This document shows, piece after piece, positions 52,796 through 64,000 of a DNA stretch of 64,000 bases. Numbering within the stretch: position 1 is the stretch's first letter; each line of letters begins with the position of its first letter. Source of the DNA: Rhynchobatus australiae (taxonomy: Eukaryota); NCBI GenBank assembly GCA_034780895.1, contig JAUZTB010000098.1:23080113-23144112 (forward strand), read 5' to 3'. Position numbers and translations under genes: made by a program. The notes beneath the pieces are model-generated. The model saw only the letters and a program-made list of their open reading frames with translations, made no database searches and was not told where the DNA came from.

Positions 52796-53178
52796 AGCGC
52801 AACATATGTTTCGCCAAGCCATGCGTTCACATGTTATTTGGTTCCATGTAGTCCCTGCAGCAAATAAAGAGCAGTATGAACAACTTCCTTTGGGTGATAA
52901 AAATGCCAGCTATTCCAATCGAATCAATATGGATACTCAGGGCAATGATCGAAAGAGTGCTATTAATGCAAATCTTGATGAAACACCCCAGAGGTTGTCT
53001 CGAACAAGCAATGAGGCAGATCAGACTGCTTCTTATTCTCACCTACCTCACAATCAGAACTCAGTGTCGAAACCTCCGACAGGTCAGAACCTGACTCCCC
53101 AAAGAATGAGCTCCACACCTACCACAAGCTTTAGCACCAAAAAAGTTGGGAAGAAACTCAATATTCAGTTGAAAAAAG
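52796..53178 (+). CDS. PARD3: PARD3 exon (exon 9 equivalent): AQHMFRQAMRSHVIWFHVVPAANKEQYEQL...STKKVGKKLNIQLKK
   Basis: Acceptor tccag, donor gtaaga; 383 nt, inside ORF 52731-53270. Encodes the end of PDZ1, the linker and the start of PDZ2. Confidence 0.97.
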
Positions 53179-53474
53179 GTAAGAAATTGATAGTGCTATA
53201 CTACTTAAATCTCAGTATTGAAGAGATTTTGCTTCTGTTGAATAAATTGAAAGACACTCAGATTTTGTGAACTGAAAAACAGATGAACACTGTAAAGCTG
53301 ACAAGAATCAATTCAAATGGCTACATTAAAGATGAAATGAATGATCAGCTTTTTCTCTCACTGATTCACAGGAAGTTGATATTATTGGCAGTGTTGGCAT
53401 TTCTTACTCATGTCTAATTGTCACTGAATTCTGGGGACAATTAAGAGTTAATCATATTGGATCTGCAGCCACAT

Positions 53475-53935
53475 ATAGGGTTGATGTTTTGGATTGATGA
53501 TCTTTCATCAGAACTGGGAGAAGTTATGAATGCAACAGATTTAAAGCTGCAAAGAAAGAAGGGCAGTTTGACTGGAGTGAGAGCAAAAGGGAAGCACTGA
53601 TGAGGAGGGATTGATTGTCATAAATGGTGTTGGTGTCACCTGAAAGACCCTGGTAAATGTGAGTGAATAATGAAACTTGTATCTCAAGGAGGTTTAAATA
53701 GGACACAAGTAAAACCTGAAATAGCAGTAAAGGAGAGGAAAAGAAAACAAAATGCAAGAAATGTGTGATACAAATTTGGAATCGCTGATACCTTGAAATA
53801 GTTGAATTCAGTCTTGAGCTTTGAAGTTTGTCATGTACCCAGTCAGAAGAGGTGCTGTTCCTTGAACTTGACTGAAGCTTTTTTGGAACAGTGCAGAGGT
53901 TAAAGTTGGGAGTGGGATGGATAATTAAAGTGCTC
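53475..53935 (-). mobile_element. Penelope-like relic
   Basis: Minus strand cccagttctgatgaaagatc (hammerhead-like) and KFKEQHLF GIY-YIG C-terminal relic at about 53800-53870. Confidence 0.65.
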
Positions 53936-53989
53936 GGAGAATAACTTATTATTAAGGAGTTGGCTATGGTAGATTAGAAAACCACATGA

Positions 53990-54490
53990 AAAGGTATTAC
54001 AGTAAATTGCCACTGGCTAACATTTAAAGAATTAGTGCACAGTTTGCAAGTAATACATATCCCTTTAAGGCAAAAAAGCCCAATAGGAAGACTGGTCCAG
54101 CTGTGGCTATCATGAAGGTTTAAAGATAGAACTTGATCAAAGGAAAAAGCTTATAATGCAGTAAGCCTAAGGATTGGGGAAATTTTAGAATTCACCAAAG
54201 GAGGATGAAGGGAAGTGATATGAATACAGGCTGATATGAAAATGCTTGTAAGTGCTTCTGCAGATATATGTGAAAAGGAAAAGGTTAACAAACGTTAATT
54301 ATACCAGGGCAACTGACAGAGAAATTAAGCAAATCGTTTATGCCTGCATTCATGGAAGAAAACAAAGAAAAACTGAAGAGGGCTACGGATCTAGAGTGTA
54401 TCTGGAGGTTAAAGAAATTAGCATCAGTATAAAACTAGTAATTGAGGAATTAACAGGACTGAAAAGTAATAGATTCTTCAGGACCTGATG
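53990..54490 (+). mobile_element. Old CR1 ORF2 fragment
   Basis: YVKRKRLTNVN and ELTGLKSNRF..GPDDLH motifs. Confidence 0.6.
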
Positions 54491-56189
54491 ACCTGCATCA
54501 TTGGCATCTCTTCTCTCCTGCTTACCTCCCTCTGCCCACCTCCCCAACATCTACCACCCCCCCGCCCCCNNNNNNNNNNNNNNNNNNNNNNNNNNNNNNN
54601 NNNNNNNNNNNNNNNNNNNNNNNNNNNNNNNNNNNNNNNNNNNNNNNNNNNNNNNNNNNNNNNNNNNNNNNNNNNNNNNNNNNNNNNNNNNNNNNNNNNN
54701 NNNNNNNNNNNNNNNNNNNNNNNNNNNNNNNNNNNNNNNNNNNNNNNNNNNNNNNNNNNNNNNNNNNNNNNNNNNNNNNNNNNNNNNNNNNNNNNNNNNN
54801 NNNNNNNNNNNNNNNNNNNNNNNNNNNNNNNNNNNNNNNNNNNNNNNNNNNNNNNNNNNNNNNNNNNNNNNNNNNNNNNNNNNNNNNNNNNNNNNNNNNN
54901 NNNNNNNNNNNNNNNNNNNNNNNNNNNNNNNNNNNNNNNNNNNNNNNNNNNNNNNNNNNNNNNNNNNNNNNNNNNNNNNNNNNNNNNNNNNNNNNNNNNN
55001 NNNNNNNNNNNNNNNNNNNNNNNNNNNNNNNNNNNNNNNNNNNNNNNNNNNNNNNNNNNNNNNNNNNNNNNNNNNNNNNNNNNNNNNNNNNNNNNNNNNN
55101 NNNNNNNNNNNNNNNNNNNNNNNNNNNNNNNNNNNNNNNNNNNNNNNNNNNNNNNNNNNNNNNNNNNNNNNNNNNNNNNNNNNNNNNNNNNNNNNNNNNN
55201 NNNNNNNNNNNNNNNNNNNNNNNNNNNNNNNNNNNNNNNNNNNNNNNNNNNNNNNNNNNNNNNNNNNNNNNNNNNNNNNNNNNNNNNNNNNNNNNNNNNN
55301 NNNNNNNNNNNNNNNNNNNNNNNNNNNNNNNNNNNNNNNNNNNNNNNNNNNNNNNNNNNNNNNNNNNNNNNNNNNNNNNNNNNNNNNNNNNNNNNNNNNN
55401 NNNNNNNNNNNNNNNNNNNNNNNNNNNNNNNNNNNNNNNNNNNNNNNNNNNNNNNNNNNNNNNNNNNNNNNNNNNNNNNNNNNNNNNNNNNNNNNNNNNN
55501 NNNNNNNNNNNCAACATGTTGGAACATCTCTCCTTCTGCATCTTCTTCATCTCCTATTCTTTCCTTGCTGAATTGTTAAAATCAATAATTTGCATTTAAT
55601 TTTTCCTTCAAACTTTACCCCAATCCACAAACTTAACAACTTGGATAATTCAATATTTCTGCAATCTTCATGTTTTAGAGCACATTTGTGACTTAATCAC
55701 TAATTCATTATCTTAGTCCTTGTAACTTTGTTGGGACCCAACAATGTCCAAGGCTCTTGTGCATCATCTGCCAGTTTTTTTTTGAAGTATAACTTGATGT
55801 TTTACAATTTTGTTGACATTTGTACGGTGTGTAAAAGATGGCTGGCAGCATGCTGTGATCTAAGCCATGTGCCTACAAAGTCTGAAAATAAAAGTCAACC
55901 ACTTGCAGTGAAATAACACAATAGTATAACCCAACAACAGTGAGCAACTTTCTGCAGATGTTCTGAAACTTTATTGAAATTTGCCCGAAGGCTAACAATG
56001 TACTTTGCTCTTTCCTCTCATTTAACATATTAGAGACATGGTACTAGTAAATGCATAGATTTTTTGCATTGCTAAAAATTGCACGATTTTATTTTCCAGA
56101 GAGAATTTATGTTCCACCATCTAGAATTTATATTTTTATTCTATTATTAATGATCATTCAATCTCCTCTCCAGTAAAATATCAAACTAA

Positions 56190-56447
<258 letters not shown>

Positions 56448-57164
56448 TAATGCACAAGAGGAATGTGCACAGAGCTAATTCTGGTATTCAAATGCATGTG
56501 ATTTGGGATGTGTTTTGCACTATATATAAAATCAACAATAACTTTAACAGCAGTAGTATATTTTGTGTATTTTATGATTTGTTGGTTACTGTTACAGTGG
56601 CTAACTTATTTTTAAAAGATCTCCTNNNNNNNNNNNNNNNNNNNNNNNNNNNNNNNNNNNNNNNNNNNNNNNNNNNNNNNNNNNNNNNNNNNNNNNNNNN
56701 NNNNNNNNNNNNNNNNNNNNNNNNNNNNNNNNNNNNNNNNNNNNNNNNNNNNNNNNNNNNNNNNNNNNNNNNNNNNNNNNNNNNNNNNNNNNNNNNNNNN
56801 NNNNNNNNNNNNNNNNNNNNNNNNCTGCTTGTGTGCTATCAGTGAGGCTCTGTTTAATTTTACGAAAGAATATGTCACTGGCAGTAGTTCTTCAGTGCTA
56901 TTCTCCAGATGTGGTTTATACCTATTGACCATTGTTGATTACCCTGAGAGGAATATGTTAAGTCACTCTTTTGAATCACTTCTATACTTTGATAAGCCAT
57001 GTCAGAGTACATTTTAAAGATTCTATGGGATTGGAATCAAGCTTAGTCCTCCACTGGAGTAGAATAGAGTGACACTGAAAGCCTTTTTCCACTCCAGAAT
57101 GATGCTGATCTGAAACCAGTGCTTGTACTTGAAGAGCATAACACAAGCTTCTAATAATCTGGAA

Positions 57165-57840
57165 ACAAAAAGACTGCAAGTGCTGGAAATTTAAAATGGA
57201 AAAATGAAATGCTGGGAAAGCTGATCATCTGAGATTTTTGAATTCAATGTTGAGTTTATCAGGCTGCCTTGTTCCCATTTGGAGGTTGTGTTTGTGTTCT
57301 TGGAGCTTCCATTGAGCTTTGTTGGAACAGATCACGGAAAGATCTGATTGGGAGCAAAATGAAGTTGTTGAATTCCCATTCTGACATTGTCTCCAGCTTT
57401 CAAACACTAAGGAAGCTAACCTACAAGTTTAGGCATAGGATCTTATCTTCTGACTATCTGCCAGGATCCTATGCTGTATTTAAAATAAAAATTCTCATCA
57501 TTAGTATTTCCAACATTTTTATTTTGGATTTTTAGTGTTTTCTTATAATTTCAGGTGGTGACTGTTTCCCCTTCGAAGTACAGATCTCCTCCAGCCAGCT
57601 TTTTATTTTGTTGCGTGTTACACGCCAACCCTCTTTCACCTGGCACTTTTACTCCTTTTGTAATTTAATCTGTCCAGCCTTTCTCCCAACACAGATTTTC
57701 TCTTTTTCTTCTCCCACTCCCTGTGTTTTCATCACTTGAAATTGTTTGTCTCTAACTTTTAACCTTTGAAAGGTCGTTGTCCAGCAATGTTAACTCTGTT
57801 TCTTTACAGATTTTCCCTGACCTGCAGACCATTTGAAACA
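57165..57840. mobile_element. Penelope-like relic with inverted arrangement
   Basis: ORF 57225-57407 (-) AQWKLQEHKHNLQMGTRQPDKLNIEFKNLR; terminal motifs in both orientations. Confidence 0.7.
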
Positions 57841-58004
57841 TTTCATATTTTTATTTCTATAAAATTATCATCTTGTAAATTATGAATCATACAAGAGAAA
57901 CATATGGAGAAGAAGGCACAGGTGCTGTTGCTTCTGTGTTTGCAGCAGCCATGTTCTGGTGATAATTCTTTGAAATCGATCCACATTACTCTGAAAACGG
58001 CATG

Positions 58005-58054
58005 TCCTCTGCCCATCTGTATTCTGCACTGCTCTCCCATCTGTATTCTGCACT
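58005..58054. repeat. About 24-bp tandem duplication
   Basis: cccatctgtattctgcactg occurs twice. Confidence 0.85.
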
Positions 58055-58819
58055 GGACCAGCTTGTAAGCAAGTTCATGTGACTGCAGAAGATACATGGG
58101 TGAGATATCAAAAATAAGAGCAAAGAAACAAAAACACTTTGTTGGTTTCCGTGTATATACTGATGGATACTAGCCCCACCTTCCCTTTCCATCTCGACTC
58201 CTCCACTGGACTGCTTGTATGATATCCAGTATGGGATGAGAAGAAAGTTAGTGGAATAGCAAAACTCTTGCCTTCAGCCCCTGTTACTTAACTTTTCTTG
58301 CCATCTTTGAAAATTACTTTAGATCTCGGCAACATTTGTACCATAACTGGTGCAGTGAGCACCAAAGTACACGTTCTTGGCATCACTTTAATTAATAATT
58401 TCCGCACCACTAATAACTCCATCCATGTTTCATTTACTCTGCCTAACCCCAAGCCACTAATTGTGACCCACGTCAGGCAATCCACAATCCCCCACGCTCT
58501 TATATTCACGCAGTTTTTGTGTTGATCTCTTGCCTGTCCTTTCTGACTTCATTACTCTTAAATCATCTTTCCACTCATGTTTCCACAAAGACTATGCAGA
58601 GCTGGGATTATCGCAGCCCTGTCTGCTTTAGATTTTTGCCTCTGCTTGTTCATCTTTCACTTGGTTGTATTTTCTTTCTTAAGTTATAAAAACAGAGACA
58701 GTAGATGTTGACGAAATGGGTTGGATTTTAAAATAGAAATCTCCTATCCTTGAGTTTTTAATCCTTCTGGGAGAGAGATTGCAAATCAGTGCAGTATTGA
58801 GGGCTCTGTGTGTTCTTGT

Positions 58820-59125
58820 GCAGGACTGGTACATGATTGGCAAGCAGGTGCAGCAAATGGTTTGGAAGGCAAATGGCTTATTGGTCTTTATTGCAAGGGG
58901 GTTTTGAGTTTAACAATAGTGAACTATTGTTACAATTGTAATATTGGAATATTGTGCACAATTTATCAAAGAGGAGTTAGATAAAGCTTTGGAAGATTGA
59001 GAATTGAGGGCGATGTGCAACCGGCACAGAAGACGAGTTGAGGCCTGGGGCAGATCAACTATGATCATATTGAATGCCGGGGCAGGCTTGAGGGCAACTG
59101 CTGCTTCTGTTTTCTTGTTTCCTTA
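58820..59125 (+). mobile_element. Internally deleted CR1 fragment
   Basis: QVQQMVWKANGLLVFIARG joined directly to a CR1 3' tail. Confidence 0.7.
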
Positions 59126-59784
59126 TGTAAGGGAATCCTACAGGAGCTGGGAACTATGATTACCTTGCATTGGAAGAGTCCAGGAATAGACCAATATGTC
59201 AAAGGATTAAACTATTTGACAAACCTCTAACGCTTGGATTTTGTTTTGGCTGATCGAGTTCAAATATTAATAATGAAAACACCCTGGAGAAATCACAAAT
59301 AGTCATGAATATAAGAAAATCTCAGTGAAGAACAACATAAAACTTTTGAAGTACCAATAAACTTTCAAGGTTGAAAGTCATTGTGCAATTTTTGGTTCAA
59401 TTTGGCAGAATGTTACTCTGTTTTGAATGAAAGATCAGTTTGTTGAGCAAAGTGCTTCCAGTCTAGCTTCTTGCTCCTGCAGTAACCCACACAGCTGGCA
59501 TTGTACTTTTGCTGTTGAGATATTTTTTGTTATCTTGTCAGTGGTTCATAATATTTTGAGATGATGCAAACAAAAAGAAATACTGGTTATTCCAATCAAA
59601 CTTCCATTTGGATGCCAATGTTTCAAGAAATCTCAGATAAAGTGATACTAAATAGAAGATACCTTGTAGAGCTAATACTAATAAGGAGGCAATGCCATAA
59701 GCAAGTGCATGCACTGATTTTGTGGATAATCTGGCTGTAACAGCTCATTTTAATTACCAACAGTTTTCAAACTGCAGTGAAAAA

Positions 59785-60230
59785 TAGAGTCATCAAGTTG
59801 TATAGCATAGAAAGAGGCCCTTCAGCCCATCGCTTCTGTCAACCATAATGCCGATCTATATTAATCCCACTTGCCTGCATTGACACCGTGCCTTTCTATG
59901 CCTTGCCCATTCATGGACCTGTCCAGCTGCCTCAAAATGTCTTTACTGTTCCTGCCTCCGCCACCACCTTTGGCAGCTCGTTCTGGATACCAGCTACTCT
60001 TTGGTTAATATAGTTACCTCTTAGATCCCCTTTAAACATTCTGCCTCTCACTTTCAACCTGTGCCCTCTAGTTTTAGACACACTTGCCATAGGAAACAGT
60101 CTCTGTCTATTTCCCCTGTCTGTGCCTCTCAATTGTATATACCTCTATCATGTCACCTCTCAGCCTCCTTTACTCCAAGGAAAACAGACCCAGCCTATCC
60201 AATCTCTCCTTAAAAGTCAAGTCTTGCAGT
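59785..60230 (-). mobile_element. CR1/HER1 3' fragment
   Basis: ORF 59932-60132 SKTRGHRLKVRGRMFKGDLRG..QNELP plus tail. Confidence 0.88.
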
Positions 60231-60849
60231 TCAATATCCAGCCACTGCTTGGAACTCAAACTTTTCAGTCCAGTGTGGTGGACTAGTCAGTGATTTATTT
60301 TTTGAGGACTGTGACATTTTATGCCGTTGAAAATTGAAAGTATATTGTATTTCTGTTTATCCCATGAGTTATTTCAAGTTAAGGAATGTGTAGTTCTGTC
60401 TTTTTTCCAATTTTTGTAAAATAAGAACTGTGTTGTGTACACATGCCAGCTTACAGTTGTGCTTAACACAAATACAATATTTTAATGATTGAATCAGCAT
60501 AACAAACTGTGAATCACCTGTTGAGAGGTTCAGATATGGTCAATACATGATGGAGTTCACAGATTCTGGAGTTTTGGATCATGCCTGAACCTGTTGAGTT
60601 TTCCCGCCAGATAATGTATGATTTATGGATAGCAGGTCATTAATGAAATGTGTATTAAAGCAGAAACGTGGGAATTGAAAGCTTCCTATGATGTCCTTTT
60701 TTCATTTTAGTTCTCTTTATGTTAGAAATAGTTAGTTTAAAAAAATGCACAAATTTTATAACCTGCTATAAGAAATTCACCAATCAAACCAATAACCTAT
60801 TGGTTTATGTGTCTTTGTAAATACTGGATTTGTTTACTGGCTTGTGTAA

Positions 60850-61059
<210 letters not shown>

Positions 61060-63144
61060 TGACTGACTGGATCCATCTCCAACCAGTGGGGGTGGGTAGG
61101 CAGCTCTTTCTCTTTGTATCTATATTCAGATTTCAATGTCTTTGGCATCTTCATATTCTTGAAACTATTCAAAGCAGCAATGTCTAAGTGGGTGCTAAAT
61201 TCTATTTGATCGCTCTGTGTTTGCAAACTTAACATGCTGCAATGGCTTGATTTGGTCTTTCAAGTGCATGACAACAATTGAGGATGTAAACTTTTGCACC
61301 TGGTGACTTTGTACAAATTCTAATTTAGATCAAGATTATCTTCCTGCTGTCACATTGATTGCTAAACTTAAATTTGGAGGACTGAGTTTTTGCCAATGTT
61401 GTGTCATTGACATACAGTATATTTCACAGAGATCCATAATTGTTGTCATGATAAACCTCTTGGAAACCAACTGTTTTCTGCTAAATGAAAGGGTGATCTA
61501 AAAGTGCTTGGTATTGTGCAGTCAAATGAATGGCAAAAGAAGAATTAAAACATTGCATTCAGAGCATAAATGAAACCTGCAATGTAATATTAACAAGTCA
61601 ACTTCTGCAATTATTGTCAATACCCCGCTTCTATTTGTTTCTTAGGCTTCATAAAAATGATGTGAACATGCATGCATGCTGAATAAACTCATTCCTCATG
61701 CGTATATATTACAAATTCTTGAGTACTCGTATTGATGAATAGAAATCCAGAAGCATCGCAGAATAAAAAGCACCAATCCTTTTCATCTTTAAAGGAAATA
61801 AGCTTTGCTTAATTGTACTATAGGGTTGGCAGTCTGTAGAAAGGAACTGTAATGCTTTTACACAGCCCCCACTATACAGTCCTTTTTCAACAGAGAGGAT
61901 AGAATAGCATGTGCCAAAGACTTGTGCTTGCCACTTTCTCATACAGTGGATGAAGGATATGCTTTTCAGAGCCTCAAATCCCCCCGCCAATAATTCCCCC
62001 CCTTGAGATGTAGTTTTCTGGTGCGGTAAGCCACTCTAACCTGCAGCACAGCTGAGAACCAGTGAAACTTGCCCATGGGGTCCGAGATCATACATCCCTA
62101 TCACAGCTGGAGTTGAACCTGTTTCTTTGGCACTGAAATTCTTGAGCTGTCGCACTGAGAATGCACTGATATACTGAAGTTTTTTGGTCTGGTGCGCTAG
62201 TTTTATTTTGGTTGGTGAATATTCTAAAAATGCAAGACAGTTTTAATTTGTCTTATGTTATGCCCATCATACAATCATTTTATTATTTTGATATAAACAC
62301 ATCACTTGTTCTTATTAAATTCCTTACAGCCTTTTGACAATTCTTAAAGTATAATTTAGTTTTCTCTGACATAATGAGCCTTTAATTTAGTTACAAAGCA
62401 GTGAGCTTCCTAATGTTAAATGAAGGCTAACTAGTCAATTAAGTACTGTAAGTTTTTTAAGTGAATGGGAAGAAGGGTTGTCTTTCACAGACTTTGTATT
62501 TCAAGCTATTTCTGGGAGAAGAGGGTAGAATTGCTTCAGAACATCACTATAGTCTAAACCAGTTTTCCCTTGCAGTGCCAGTCACAGAGTTTGTTTGATG
62601 GGCTGAAATGAATCAAGGTGCATTTGTTACATTTTTGACTCAGATAACCCAACTTCAAAATTGTTCTGACCAATATTGGCAAACTAATTTTGATTCTACT
62701 GAAGCCCAAGTTAAATTATTAGTGACATATCTGATCTGGATGACTGTAAATTGTCATAAGGCCATTAAAAAATTTAAGGGTGCAATTACAAATGCAATTT
62801 TAACACAAACAAATATGCAACTGCAACTCGTTAAGATTTTCTAATTTAATTAAAAATAAATAGTTATCAAATAAAATCTGTAATGCCATCTTGATGTCTG
62901 TTCAACACACATTTGAGACCATTAACCTTCAAGTGAATGGAAAAAAAGGATTTTAAGATATTGAAAATTCTTAAATCTATTTTCACCACCATAGTAATTG
63001 ATCTCAGCTATAAAATATCAAGTATTCAAGGGCATCTTTCACATTCAAACACGGGTTGCCTTTGTTACTTTGTTCATCTGTGTAGCACACATGCTAGTGC
63101 CTCTTACACCATGTGTTTTTATTCTTTGTTATCTCCACTTCCAG

Positions 63145-63183
63145 AAAAAAGAATCAAGTCAGATGCAGGGACCAAGTGACTTG
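63145..63183 (+). CDS. PARD3: PARD3 39-nt microexon (exon 12 equivalent): KKESSQMQGPSDL
   Basis: Acceptor ctccacttccag, donor gtaaga; phase 0-0. Shares SQMQ.P with human NAEPSQMQIPKET as recalled. Confidence 0.85.
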
Positions 63184-64000
63184 GTAAGAGTTCTGTGTTT
63201 TTAGCCACACAAACTGATGAGGAACATCTGACAATGAAGCAGAAGATCAGTTTTGCAGATGTACATTCTGAATGTATTTTTCTGAAGTGTAGTCTCAATT
63301 TCTTACAGATTTTAGCACTACAACTGAAATGGAACAACTTAGGAAGTCAATGCATTCAATTTAGCATTCCTGGTTAGAAATTTGTTGTTCCACATTTGAC
63401 AATAGAAATCTCTATCAGATCACTCATAAGAGTGCTAACAAAAGTTGTGTGCAGCTGATATTTTTTTTATAAAGGCACATTTTTTTCTTCCAAGACAGCA
63501 GTGTCACAAACTGCTGTGCAACTTGAACTGAAATTAGTGATTATTTATAATGCTTTGTATGTTTGTAAGGAGATGCCAGACCATTTACAGAGTGAAGCAT
63601 ATTTCATTTATTTTCCAGGTATTTTTGATTTGAAATTTTCCAACTTTTCATCATGTCCATATGACTAACTACTGTGATTTTGATTGTTTCACTGAAAAAC
63701 AATGATGCAGTTTGTGTGGTATTTATGTGATGCATAGTAGTTCTATGGAGGTTCACTTAAGAGGCCGATTTAACTGTCTGCTTTGTAAATGCCATTTTGT
63801 ATTATACCTTCTTGATTTGAAAATGGGTTGCTAATTACTTTTAGGTGCTTAGTTTGCAAAATATGTCTTTAATTATTTTCTTCCATTGTACAATAGACCA
63901 GATGGCGCATGAAAGTGGAGAGAGGAGTGGCAACCATACTTAAATGTTCATCATATTTCTTTATTTTTTCCCCCCCTCCCCCAAATGGTCCATTAGTTGA

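Noticed and set aside
63205-63290. C/D-box snoRNA or hammerhead-like motif (CTGATGA...CTGA)
   Set aside because: Box C lacks the leading purine, there is no GAAA partner, no guide target was recognised, and it lies only about 30 nt from the donor.
63191-63377. Second acceptor tttttag at 63204 and ORF ATQTDEEHLTMKQK as a mutually exclusive exon
   Set aside because: Phase-0 reading from 63205 hits a stop at the ninth codon, and the listed ORF is in the wrong phase.

Overview
Eukaryotic genomic DNA, almost certainly a cartilaginous fish (inferred from the repeat families), from a gapped draft assembly. The only supportable host gene is a + strand internal part of PARD3 (Par-3 polarity scaffold). 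Seven GT-AG coding exons lie between 44110 and 63183, encoding PDZ1, the PDZ1-PDZ2 linker, PDZ2 and a 39-nt microexon. Their sizes and phases match human exons 6-12 as I recall them. Bases 1-44109 appear to be one very large intron. Introns are dense with retroelements (CR1/HER1, Rex1/Babar, RTE, L2, V-SINEs, Deu-domain SINEs, Penelope-like elements with degenerate hammerhead motifs), a Tigger/pogo relic and a probable solo LTR. Best leads: (1) a candidate Cys-rich alternative first or cassette PARD3 exon at 13935-14159 in a repeat-free, CpG-enriched island, with a phase-0 donor matching exon 6; (2) fold-back Penelope-derived elements carrying minimal hammerhead ribozyme cores; (3) a three-level nested insertion with a 5-bp target-site duplication inside one hammerhead; (4) V-SINEs with swapped 3' tails matching two different LINE families. 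No prokaryote-type system or CRISPR array is present. Most listed ORFs are spurious or N-gap artefacts. Repeat boundaries are approximate and were assigned by eye, without database searches.
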